From the NCBI GenBank assembly GCA_009859145.1, contig VRVR01000020.1, forward strand, positions 179,403-243,402: DNA of 64,000 bases, written 5' to 3'. The notes under the pieces were generated by a model. The model did not search any database. It saw only the letters and a list, made by a program, of their open reading frames with translations, and was not told the DNA's origin. The translations under genes and the position numbers were made by a program. This DNA is from Andalucia godoyi And28. Taxonomy: Eukaryota; Protista; Jakobida. Each line of letters starts with the position of its first letter. Position 1 is the first letter of the stretch. This document shows, piece by piece, positions 42,201 through 52,574 of the stretch.

Positions 42201-42935
42201 CTGAATGTTGTGGACGTTGGAACCTGGAAGATCGTGTACGGGTTCCCATTCATCGATGCCTCCTCTCATCGATACACATCACTTGCTGCATTTACCATTT
42301 TTGTTCTGATCCTCGTTTCAGCGGGGATTCCTTTTGTGGTGTTGATTTTGTGCGCAATTCATAAGCGAAGGCCGTTTCTTAAGGGATCTGCGCTGTATGC
42401 GCTGTTTGAAGGTTTTCGTCCCGATCAGCCATTCGGTCCATTCTTCTTCATTATGCGACGCGTATCCGTCCCTGCTTTGAACTTCTTCATGACCATTCGT
42501 TACAGATACCATTCGTCGTCTCGTGTCGCTGCTATCATGTTTCTGAATGTATGTTTCCTCTTCTCGCACGAAAGACTGACTCCGTACGCCAGCGAATTTC
42601 TAAACGTCGTCGATGCAGGTTCATTGTTGGGGGTCTGCTTTGTGTGCATGTCGGTATTGTTTTACGAGGATTCCGGTTCGGTTTACTTGACTGCGGCGGT
42701 GTTTTGGTCAATTTTTGCAATTTTTGCAATACTGCTGTTTATGTCTTTTGTGTGGAAATCAGCTACCGTTGCGAGGCGGTTTCGGTTCTTCCAGCGTGTA
42801 TTTCAAAAACCGCCTACCAATCTGAATGTTCCTGCAGAGATGACCAGGATCAATCACGGTCCTGACTCATTTCTAGATCCGTTGTTGTCCAAGACTGGGG
42901 TATCCTCATCTTCTTCGACGTCGTCCCTATTGTAG
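39201..42935 (+). CDS. Large surface receptor-like protein: signal peptide, Pmp-like beta-helix (GGAI/FxxN) repeats, Cys-rich region, ~7 TM
   Basis: Repeats such as GGALAI, FVGNMADNWAGGV, FLKNVAGWQGGAV, GGAIFL and GNSATQYGGSI. Cys-rich CPPGF..CSSCPQGTY..CPLGYC..CSSCLPGYS. Multiple C-terminal TM helices. ATG at 39201. Confidence 0.8.
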   Translation: MSCGDFSVLSLLPLLLLLVVPLCSAYRFCIDSTFHLQNCDGYYPSVQSIVTSAHFVNGSQIVMFDGSYAGPGFCNITFPLVHDLTILGNTEVNCNEDSPGWTFTPASSRIYISGVSFAWCYSTRNGAALSLTGVSNVTITDAFFGFSTSRVPLNCINDEECYDLSDVGIGGALAITGSVNVSVRSCQFLLNYASSDNFYGYSGNGGGIGISKSQHILVSDCTFVGNMADNWAGGVSMGFSLDVRIEGCRFLKNVAGWQGGAVVAFGGTSFSITGSDFIENSVGPQSAVGEGGAIFLRDPMPSSIEKCTFINNVAQAVSGAISFRQSSGPDTETGLSVTDSVFHNNQASAFGAACSLFASSQFTRCSFTNHTVANVGGSLYIAGSSTILINCNFSGNSATQYGGSISVNGWASNLYMFGTVIISNSVSGSFGGGLYLDTGAFVSASSGCTINVWNNSAFDSGGGVFVNTYGGLSVTGTMSFVGNTAVNEGGGLFLGTQASFEVYGTTIFDSNSALSGGGLQHNQAYLPALSAGTGNGQMIFTRNVAGFGGAISLNHLGGLTMSGVSNISLVENNALGIGGAMFLFSDLFNLTSIIPENLAVLIGTTEVFVSGNTARHTVNQLPAAFGSGPFQILPCSSDVVGTILGPFNHGRPSTFQVCVADAFAKVLVFAPEGSMLLQIEEGGSSFPSPVVASCVNGVSYFSGVQLYSSNSSSNDILVRFTYQIQQESALNLVIMIQSATFPVQILPCPPGFMSQNVSGIDVCSSCPQGTYNLQPSSPSCFSCPDASLASCSPSKILTESNVWLLEDGSGPVSLYTCPLGYCKDDNQCFSNRDPKSPLCSSCLPGYSEWNLECIRCSETGNGVIIFSVIIGLWACIAIFHFVCRSAIGMTSIFFYYTVTCSMVLPPLGSSDLRIQSVFSLQPFSFGPDTCPFSRDGIGLYLTRLFYPAVLFGLILMTAFVHFLSFRLFKSMDFNMWQYLRSAFVLALSVQQSLSIVMFDFLNVVDVGTWKIVYGFPFIDASSHRYTSLAAFTIFVLILVSAGIPFVVLILCAIHKRRPFLKGSALYALFEGFRPDQPFGPFFFIMRRVSVPALNFFMTIRYRYHSSSRVAAIMFLNVCFLFSHERLTPYASEFLNVVDAGSLLGVCFVCMSVLFYEDSGSVYLTAAVFWSIFAIFAILLFMSFVWKSATVARRFRFFQRVFQKPPTNLNVPAEMTRINHGPDSFLDPLLSKTGVSSSSSTSSLL

Positions 42936-43300
42936 TCTCTTTGTCTTCTATCTTCTGTTTTCTGAACATTCTCACATGGCTGGGGGTTGATCAATGTGGC
43001 TAAATAAACTTCGTTGATACTGCATCGTCCAGCACTTCTGTACCTTTTTTTGGGGGGGCGATTGTCCCGCCGAATGGCTGTTTTGGCGGGAACAAACTGA
43101 ACATCTTCATTTTACGACAATCTCGTGTCTCGGAGGCAGTGGGATTCTCCCCCAAAAAACTATTGATTACCGAAGATGCTTTTCTTTTTCTTTTCTTTTT
43201 CTTTCTCTTATTCTTGCACGCAGTCTGTCGTCTGTCAGTCTTCGTCTCGCTTCGTTTGTCCTCCGTTCGAAGAACACCAGCCTCTTTTTTTCTCGTTGTC

Positions 43301-45507
43301 ATGCACTCTTCTTGGATTAAAGCGAACGTGGACAGAGTCCAGTCGGCTACCGGTTTGTGCCTGGACGAAACGAGTTGCTTCGTGAATCAACAGCCCGTCG
43401 TTCAGATTCTGTCGCGAACCTCCACCGGAGCATCCCAGTTCCGATCGCTGTATGCATTTTATTATATATACATATTTCATTTTTTTCCTCTTCCTCCTCC
43501 TCCTCCTTCTTCTTCTTCTGCTGCTGCTGCCTTTTCTGCCTTTTCTGCCTTCGACCCGCTCTGTTGTTGCGACCTGCGATGTGCAATAATCGTCATGCAA
43601 CTCATATGCTTCCTTTCTGCTTCAGGTGTGTGATTTCAGACGGTCAAATGACATGGCCGCACGCATTTTTCATCGGAAATGAGAACCAAACCATCCATGA
43701 ATCGGATTGCCCTTGTACGGTGAAGCTTCAGAAGTTCAGAATCATGATGAACAAATCGTATGTGTGCTGTCGTCCTTCAAAATTGAAGCAAGTATTAATT
43801 TACAGTCTCTGACTGACACCCCAACACCAATGCAGAAACGTCAGCGCGTGGATTATTGTACTATCTTGGAGGTTGATGTTCCCCAGCACATCCAAGCAAT
43901 GGCCAGATCGAAAGACCCCGTTCTCCCCTTCCGCATTTGAAGAGGATATCTTTCAAACGCAACCACCCGACGCACCAAAGAAACCACGCAGTGCTACGAG
44001 GGCTCTGGAACTGAGCACACCTCACGTGACCCCGTCGAAGCAGCCGGTGATGCAATACCGTGCAGTGTCGAATGCAAAGACCGGTGTCGTTCTTGAGGAA
44101 TCATTCTACCGCTCGGCAACTCCCCAAAATGCTCGGAATTTTCAGCTCAGTACTTCCGAATTGTTTCCACTGAAAGCACTGACAGTCTTGACTCAACGAT
44201 TCTCGATCAAGGCTCGAATCATCAAAAAACTGCCGCTGCGAGAGTACACGAACGCCAAAGGACCAGGAAAACTGCAGTCTGTGATTCTCATGGATGCCGA
44301 GAACTCACAAATGCGCGCAACCTACTTTAACGCAGAGGTTGATCTGTTCGATGCTCTCTTGACGGAGGGCGCGGTTGTTACGATCGAGAACGGACGGGTG
44401 AAGACGGCAGATCCAAAGTATCAGCAACCAGGGTTACTGGACCAAGAGCTGACGCTCGGTAGAGACACCACAATTACAGTCATTCCAGATGACAGCACCA
44501 TCGCATTCTCAGCCGTCCGATACGTCGCGATAGAGAACCTGAGCAAAGTGATGGACTCGAATCCAAAAAGCAAGCCGGTAGTTTCAGTCATCGGGGTCGT
44601 TATTGCAACAACCGCTGCAGAGTCCGTGACAAGGAAGGACGGCTCGAAGGTGCTCAAGTACATATTCGAAATTGCGGATGAGTCGAAATGCTCTGTGCAA
44701 GCAACCGTCTGGAAAGATGAAACCGAGGAGCTGCTGTGGGTCCCTGTTGGATCCGTGCTGTCGCTTACCTCCGTTGTCGTCTCGCGATGGGATACCGTAT
44801 CCCTGGCAACATCAAAACAGTCTGACATCAGAGTTAACCCACAAGGTGCAGATGCAGAAAGCCTCCTGATCTGGTACAGATCATCCTTGCAGACGCACGA
44901 CATCCGAGAAATGATTTGCCGAATGACCAAAAAAGCTGCACCAACAGCCCTGCAATTGGGCCCTTACGAAACGCTGTTCGAAGCAACAAACGACGTCGCA
45001 GAAGCTGCACACCATTCGCCAGCAGAAGTCATGTTCACGCTCGACGCCATTGTATTCGTGATGCCAGATGGCGCACACCCAGTGGCCTACGAGGCCTGCG
45101 GATCCGAAAAATGCGGGAAGAAAATCGAGCGGAAAGAAGGAGGTCTTGTATTCTGCGGGAAATGCGGCAAGCAGCCAGATTCGATAGTTTACCGATTCCT
45201 CACATCCATTATTCTACGCGACATGTCAACAGAGAAACGAGTTTCTGTTTTGGGAGGCGTAGGGAAATGTCTGTTCGGCGACATGGAGGCAAACGAAGTG
45301 GAAGCCATGCGCCAACAGGATCTGGCGCAGTTCAGGCATGTCTGCATGGAGACAACAGGCCGCAGATTCCGCATGAAGTTGAAAGCAGAAAGACTTGTGG
45401 TGAACGGCGAGACGACATGCCGGATGACCGTTGTGGCGATACAGGACGTTGGATGGAAGCAGCGGTCTGACGAGATTTTGCCGAAACTCAAGGCAGAGTC
45501 TCTGTAG
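43301..45507 (+). CDS. RPA1: Replication protein A 70-kDa subunit (RPA1), 3 exons
   Basis: Introns 43450-43625 and 43758-43844 add the N-terminal OB domain (PVVQILS..FRSLCVISDG..AWIIVLSW). Then IKARIIKK..GKLQSVILMD..MRATYFN, and a Zn finger YEACGSEKCGKK..FCGKC. Confidence 0.85.
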
Positions 45508-48108
45508 ACAAATTCTCTCTGGACATCTGATCCAACGAAGGCTCGCCAACAACCGGTGGGCTTTCTCCAATCATTTTGTTCGCAACTGCACTTGCGCCTG
45601 CAACTTCGCTCAACCCAGACTTCACGTTCGAGTCCGCTGTCTGCTCTTCCAACACTTCTACTCCGTTTGCCTGCTTGTCCAATTTCTTTCGTTCCCAGGG
45701 CTTCAATAAAGGTTTCTTATTCGGCAAAGATGCCTTTGCGCCCGCTTTCGGCTTATCGTCAATCTGCCGAATTCCAGGAGGCTGATGACCTTGCTGTACC
45801 ATGGACAGGACACTTATGAACTGCTCAGAGTAATTACCCTGCTGGAGAGGAGCGGCAGGCTGCACGCCGATGTCGATGCCCTGCGGCACCGATGGTGCAT
45901 CTGCCACGACGCCTGCACTCGAGGGATCCTCCGATTCCGAAACCCCGTTCTCTGCAGCGCGATCCTCCGTCACAAGCGAGTCAATCTCACGCATGAACGC
46001 ATCCTCATCGTCTATGACCTCCACATACTTTTTGTAGTATTTGACTTTGAGCTTCGTAAGCCAAGATGTCGCAGAGGCGGACACAGTGGTATAGTTCGGA
46101 GACGCCTTGAATTTCTCCACCCCATTGTTGAAACGAACATCGCTGCCAAAGTCATATGATAAAAAGCGATCTCTGAGTGAATCACCAACGATCACCCTGC
46201 GGCTCGCCTCTGTCGGCTGAGGAGCGAGTGGGGCAACCGCCTCAGTCACGATTTCGATTGAGGGCGCAGAAGACTGCGGGGCTTGACCGCCTTTCTGCAC
46301 GACCTGATTTCCCTGAAATGAAATCTCTCCCCTTGAAATTTGGCCAAAGAAATTCATTAGCTGCGAATTTTTCCACTTTGGATCGCTGCTGGACGATATT
46401 GTTTGTTGAAGCGCAGTAGTGAAGTCTCGTGCAGCAGCGACGTCCTCCGATGTCTTTGGGACGCTGTCCGAGGCCAAATCACCTTGCTTTTCTTCAGCTT
46501 CCGACATTAAACGCTCGAACTCCCCTTGAGGGGTTGAAGCATCCTTGTCATCCGGCTTGGCATCCATGAACTGTTTTTCCCGCTCGACTTGGCGCTCCAG
46601 CCAGGTCTTCTCACCAAACGGCTCCACCGACATTCCCATAAACTGCTCCAGTGTCGGAAGGCTGTCAGGATCGAGGGACAAATCAAGAGAGTCAGACATA
46701 GAGTCGGCTCGGTTGCTCGGCGATCCAACCGACAACACGTCGTCCGTTGATGGACTCTTGAACTCGGCGGGTTCTGCGGAAGGTGCGCTCGTCGATGTCG
46801 GTGTCGGTATCTGGCCACTGGGTCTGACTCTTCCCTTCAGCACATCATCAATCGAAGAAGCGGGAACAGATGGAATCGCCGGAGAGGGATCCTCATCGAA
46901 CTTTTTCAGTTTCTTCTTCTTTTCAGCACCAATGCCAAGCGGTGCTTTCTCGCCGGGTGTGAAAGCAGACTCTGTCTTGTGGATTCCGTCACGCACGGCG
47001 GGATTCGGGGAGACAAACTCCGTTGCATAGGGTTCCGATCGAACCGCCGCTGGATTCTCGGAGTGCACGCTCGCATGATGGGGAGCAAGATTATAGTAGG
47101 CATTCTGTGCGGACGGAGCTCCTCTGTATGCGTACATCCAACTCTTCATTGCGTCCAGTTCCGAGCGCACGGATTGCAAAGCAGTCTCGTTATCCCTAAG
47201 CGTATTTTCCTCCGCCATGCCCGCATGATTAGAATATATTTTTTTCTTCATAATTCTTATTCGACCGGCAGCAGCCTGCGATCCAAATCGAGAATAACAG
47301 ACAAAAATTGAAACAATGTAGAAAGTCATACCTTCTCTGAACTGTGTCACGAAGACTTGAAATCTGTGAGCGACACTCTGTAATTTCAGACCGCAGAGAA
47401 TGCAAATCTTGTCGCATCCGCAACATTTCATCCCGTACAAATTGTCTATGTGCAGAGCACGGTGCAAAACACGTTAATGAAATTTGCTTGAACTCAGCAC
47501 AATAATCAAGGAAAAGCGTGGACATACTCGGAAGCAGACGAGGAACTTGATGACTGCCGATGCAAATCGAACTGTCTATCCCTCATTGACTGCGAGATGG
47601 TCTTGAGATCATCTAGCTGTCTCTTCAGAAACTCCACTTCGTATTTCATAGCATTGTTGGACTGCTCAATCGCGTCCTTCACACCGGACTTCAGCATCGC
47701 CAGGTCTTCTTGCATTTCAACTCTTACTCTCTCTCGATCTTCTCGAACAATTCGCTCCACTGACTTTGACACGCGATCTGGAGCACCCTCACCTCCACCT
47801 GGACCTAGTTCATCTTCATTGCGTTCACCTTCCGTATGCAGTCCAGTGTTCAGATAACTCGCAACAACATCGACTAATCGTGTCTTTTTGATTCCTTGTC
47901 CAGCGGCATAGAAAAGAGATCCGCCCAGCAAGAACGACAGCCAATTAAACCCCGATGAGGGCACGGAAGACGAAGACGACGGTGACCTGGTGCTCGACCT
48001 TACATCCGGCACATGCGAGAGCCATTGGTCATGGTCTCTCCTTTGCAAGTGTGCCTTTACGCGATTCAGCTCTGGAAATCCGGGAGGCAGCCCTTCCCGA
48101 AAGTCCAT
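45488..48108 (-). CDS. Chimeric peroxin-like protein (PEX14-like TM/coiled coil + PEX7-binding box + PEX39/KPWE module), 3 exons, ~800 aa
   Basis: Introns 47527-47446 and 47331-47196 join three ORFs in frame (2403 nt). Motifs: GFNWLSFLLGGSLFYAAG, heptads, DPKWKNSQLMNFFGQISRGEISF, YDFGSDVRFNNG..KVKYYKKYV, and LSMVQQGHQPPGIRQIDD..KPWE. Confidence 0.7.
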
Positions 48109-48234
48109 TCTCGCCTTCACTCTAACCGGTGATCGTGCGCTTCTCAACACCAAACCCGTGAAACGCTCTCCTTTCGTGTCCTCTCTTTTAAGTGCTCTCT
48201 CCGTGCATTGCGCATCGTGTTGAGGTTCTCCTTA

Positions 48235-48762
48235 GGGCACACCCATTTAAATGAACGCAAGGGGTTCCAGGAGCGAGAGGCGTGAAATGTCCGGCAGAAC
48301 CAGACATTTTCAATCGTTCATGAGTGCCTCACGCGAGGACTCCAGCTCGCTTGCACTGGGAATACCGCGTGGATTCCGGCACACACGTGATGAACGACAA
48401 ATCGTTCACCCAACTCAGGAGGGCAATCGTGCAGATCGGGATGGCGCAGCCGCTGTCGGAGCGCAACTTTCATCACCTGCACCATCGGGTTCTGAAAATG
48501 TGCAAGTATGAAACCGACGGAGCAGACAAACCCGACAACGTGTGGCGAAGTGTGAGGAGGATGTGGTGCCAAATAAAAACGGTGAAATATCAAAATACGA
48601 ACGCAGCAGTGTTTTATTCAATATTTTATTTGACACAACGAAGTCCAAGGTGAAACGAGAGAAACGGAAAGGGGGAAAAGAGAGAAGCGGAAAGGGGGGG
48701 GGAAAGAAGAAAGGCTTGAAGAAATGCTGGGCTTTCCGAATTGAATTTTTATGGAAGCGCCG
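48235..48762. mobile_element. ~528-bp MITE-like element, copy B
   Basis: Inverted relative to 32572-33091. Flanked by TA (48233-34 and 48763-64); ends are GGGCACACCC...GGAAGCGCCG. Confidence 0.8.
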
Positions 48763-49032
48763 TAACTGTGTGCAACGAGGACTGATGCTTGGAGCTTGAT
48801 GCTACAGGAATCCATTATTTATGTATTTTTTCGCTCAATTTTTTTTTAAATAGACTTTTCAGTCTTTAGGCTTTTGGTGTTGCGTTTCTTTAATCAGCCA
48901 TTTTTGTATTTGTGATTTTTCTTCTTTTGTTCGTTTTGTTTTGTTTTTGTTTTCCTTCTTGGACATATTACGTCACTACACGCACACAGAGTTACAAGTT
49001 GCAAGTCGCAGGAAAGTGAAAATCGAATCGTC

Positions 49033-50770
49033 ATGGTGAAGCCGAAGCGCCAGTCGAAGCGGGTGAGTTTGAAACAAAAGTACAAGATGGAGCGTAAAGT
49101 GAAGGAGCATCACAGAAAGCTCCGGAAGGAAGCCAAGAAGGCTGGGGCGAAGAAGAGTATGTTGCGTGTGGATGATTATATTTCTGTTGCGTGGCTTTAA
49201 TTTTTGAGTTGGTCTTGTGTTCTTGTTGTGCTGACATGTTTATTCGGTTTTCCTCCTCTCTTTCTTATTATTCTTTTCGTTTTCATTTTTTATAGAGTGG
49301 ACCAAGGATCCTGGTATTCCGAACTTGTTCCCGTTCAAGGAACAGCTCCTGCAACAGATTTCGGAAGAAAAGCGGTCGATTTTGGAGAGGAAACAACAGG
49401 AAAAGGAAGCTCGGAAGCGCGAAAGAAACTCGTCGATGACGCAGCTGCAGCAAATGCAGTTTGATGCGCAGAAGCGATCGAATGAGTATGATACTGCGAA
49501 CAAGATGCTTGGAATCACGGAAGAGGGGTCGGGGCATATGACGATGCGCGCAGATGCAATGTCGCATGCTCAGCGTCGCGCTTATTTCCGTGAGTTCAAC
49601 AAGGTGATGGAGGAGTCTGATGTCATTATCGAGGTGCTGGATGCGCGTGATCCGCTTGGATGCAGAGCCCCGGACGTGGAAAGGATGATTCTTACCAAGG
49701 ATCCGAACAAGAGAATCATATTGCTATTGAACAAGATCGATCTGGTTCCTCGTGAAATCGTTGAGAGATGGCTATCTGTGTTACGGAAGGAATTACCGGC
49801 CATTGCGTTCAAAGCATCGACTCAAAAGCAGGGACATATCAGCCATGCGTCCGCTGCGACGGGCTCGAGACATGTGGGCACATCGGAATGCCTGGGAGCA
49901 GACACGCTAATGCAGCTCTTGAAGAACTACTCGCGGTCGCAGCAAGTCAAAAAATCGATCACCGTCGGAATCATTGGCTTCCCGAATGTCGGAAAATCGT
50001 CGGTGATCAATTCTCTGAAGCGCGCCCGTGTGGCTGCTGTTGGAAACACCCCTGGTCTGACGAAGACCTCGCAGAACGTCAAGCTTGACAGCAACATCAA
50101 TCTGATTGACTCGCCAGGTATCATCTTTTCTTCTGCGTCGCTGGATGCGGATGTTATTTTGAGAAACGCAGTCAAAGTTGAGCAGATTGAAGACCCTACT
50201 CCGGCCATTGATGCAGTGTTGAACCGCTGCCGACGAGAGAAACTTATGGAACTCTACTCCATTCCGATGTTTGTCAACACGAATGAATTTCTTGCGCTCA
50301 TCGCGAGGAAGAGAGGATATCTTAGAAAAGCTGGAGTTCCCGACTATGTCCGAGCCGGTCGCACCATTCTTGACGACTGGAACTCTGGAAAGATTCCGTT
50401 CTTCACCATTCCTCCTGACAACGCTGGTCTTGGTCTTGGTGGTGTTTCCACGTCGCTTTCTGCCACTGAAGATTCTCAGATTGTTGCGCAGTATGCGAAA
50501 GAGTTCGACATCGGCGCCCTGTTGGGTACGTTGGACGCCGCGGTTCACACCCTAAAGTCTGTATCGGATGTTGGTGCGCAGTACGTTGCCATGCAGCCTG
50601 GTAAGGCTGGCGATGCAGTGTTGTCGGAAGAGCAATTAGAAGAAGAGTCTGGTTCTGATGATGACGACTCTGATGATGATGACGACGACTCTGATGACGA
50701 TGTCGAAATGGAGGATGATGACGATGACGATGACGATGACATGGATGATGACGAGGAGGACGATCTGTAA
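49033..50770 (+). CDS. GNL3: GNL3/nucleostemin (Nug1) circularly permuted GTPase, 2 exons
   Basis: Exon 1 MVKPKRQSKRVSLKQKYK..HHRKLRKEAKK; intron 49157-49295; KDPGIPNLFPFKE; EVLDARDP, NKIDL, GFPNVGKSS, DSPG; acidic tail. Confidence 0.93.
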
Positions 50771-50891
50771 TCTGCTCATGTACGTAAAATACAAAAAAAG
50801 AAAGAAGAAGAGCGATAGACTGAAAAGAAAACAAAATAAAACGGCAGAAAGGAGTCAAATTTCGATGTTCACAAAAAGTACACACAAACCA

Positions 50892-52193
50892 TTACGCAAT
50901 GACTCCTCGCTTGCGACCAATCTCGATGAAAGCGTCGACGCACTTGTTGACCTGCTCAGCAGAATGGGCTGCGGAAAGCTGAACACGGATACGAGCCTCG
51001 CCCTTCGGAACGACGGGGAACGAAAATCCAATGACATAGATGCCACGCTGCAGCATATCGTCCGAGAATTCGGAGGCTAGTCGAGCGTCACCGAGCCAGA
51101 CAGGGGCGATGGGATGGAGGTCATTTCCAAGAATTCGGAAGCCTGCCGCCTTCATTCGGCTTCTGAAAATCTTTGTGTTCTCGTTCAAACGGTCCCGGAG
51201 CTCCGAAGTTGTGGACAGAAGGTCAAATACCTTGAGAGACGCTCCAACAACGGGCGGTGCAATGGAATTGGAGAACAAATACGGGCGTGCACGTTGCCTC
51301 AGGATGTCCACAATTTCCTTTTTAGCAGCAGTGTAGCCACCGGTCGCACCTCCGAGCGCCTTTCCAAGGGTCGAATTGATGATGTCGACACGGTCCTCCA
51401 CACCAAAAAGCTCAGGGGTACCACGACCTGTTGACCCGAAAAAGCCTGTTGCATGACACTCATCAACGAACACTTTGGCGTCATACTTATCGGCAAGTCT
51501 GCAAATTTCGTCGAGAGGCGCAACAGATCCTTCCATGGAGAATGCGCCATCAGTGGCAATCAAACGAATTCGTGCGTCCTGCGATTCTTTCAGCTTTTCC
51601 TCCAAATCCTTCATATCCTTGGACTTGTACCTGAAACGTTTTGCCTTGCACAGCCGAATGCCGTCAATAATGGACGCATGGTTCAGCTCGTCGGAAATGA
51701 TTGCATCCTGGTCCGTCAACAGGGCCTCAAAGATCCCTGCATTGGCATCGAAGCACGAGGGGAACAGGATCGCATCCTCCTTCTTGTGGAATTGTGCAAT
51801 CCTCTGTTCAAGCTGCTTGTGGATATCCTGAGTTCCGCAGATAAATCGCACCGATGACAGTCCGAATCCATGAGAATCCAGCGTTTCATGCGCCGCTTTG
51901 ATCACCTCCGGGTGGTTTGCAAGTCCAAGATAATTGTTGGCGCAGAAATTAAGCACTTGCGATCCAGTAGAAACTCCAATTTGTGCCTGCTGCGCACTCG
52001 TGATCACACGCTCTTTCTTGTACGTTCCCGCACTCTGAATCGATGCAAGCTCTGAATGAACTACAGATTCAAGCGACGGCTTTGCAGCAGCCGAAGCCGC
52101 AGATGATGATGATGATGACATTGTTCTCAAATTCAGATTGCGCAGAGGTTGAACAAGAAGATGAACCGAACGACGGCCAAACAGCATCGCCAT
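50892..52193 (-). CDS. GCAT: 2-amino-3-ketobutyrate CoA ligase (glycine C-acetyltransferase), mitochondrial
   Basis: [40 protein letters not shown], and [11 protein letters not shown]. Arg/Ser-rich presequence from the ATG at 52193. Confidence 0.95.
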   Translation of the reverse strand: MAMLFGRRSVHLLVQPLRNLNLRTMSSSSSSAASAAAKPSLESVVHSELASIQSAGTYKKERVITSAQQAQIGVSTGSQVLNFCANNYLGLANHPEVIKAAHETLDSHGFGLSSVRFICGTQDIHKQLEQRIAQFHKKEDAILFPSCFDANAGIFEALLTDQDAIISDELNHASIIDGIRLCKAKRFRYKSKDMKDLEEKLKESQDARIRLIATDGAFSMEGSVAPLDEICRLADKYDAKVFVDECHATGFFGSTGRGTPELFGVEDRVDIINSTLGKALGGATGGYTAAKKEIVDILRQRARPYLFSNSIAPPVVGASLKVFDLLSTTSELRDRLNENTKIFRSRMKAAGFRILGNDLHPIAPVWLGDARLASEFSDDMLQRGIYVIGFSFPVVPKGEARIRVQLSAAHSAEQVNKCVDAFIEIGRKRGVIA

Positions 52194-52574
52194 GCAATAG
52201 AATACCAACACAAAAATAATAATAATCAATAATAGCAGTAATAGCAGCAGCAGTTGCAGTAGTTGTAGCTGTAAAAAGCAGAATAGTAATAAATCATTGC
52301 AGTAAGATAAGAATGAAGCAGCAGAACGAAGAGAGCAGAAAGGACGGTCAGCGAGCCGACATGGATGGAGTCAAGCGGAGGCTCGGCAGCATCAATTGAG
52401 AGAAGACTGGAGACTTTCGCTCAAAGACTCAAACTCGCATTGCGGGAATTCCACCCCCAAAGAAACTACAAGCAGAAGTAATAGAGGCTTTTTTTTTTCA
52501 TGGTTTTTAATTTTTTTTGGGTATCATTTCTTCGGTTTTGTTGCACGCGGTTGCATGAACGCAGAGACGACGGA

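Noticed and set aside
48040-48075. PTS2 signal in the N-terminus of the chimeric peroxin (RVKAHL)
   Set aside because: Spacing does not fit R[LVI]x5[HQ][LA].
48385-48495. Box C (GTGATGA) or hammerhead-like motif in the MITE
   Set aside because: The box D candidate (CTGA) is CCGA in the other copy, and the GAAA and stem arrangement of a hammerhead are absent.
48420-48540. Diversity-generating-retroelement (TR/VR) explanation for the MITE variable core
   Set aside because: Differences are not adenine-specific in one copy (they include C/T, G/T and C/G, with A/G in both directions), and no reverse transcriptase is present.
52141-52149. 9-nt match (CGCAGAGGT) to the predicted guide of Fanzor copy 1 within the KBL gene
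   Set aside because: A 9-mer match is expected by chance in 64 kb of double-stranded sequence, and it diverges at position 10.
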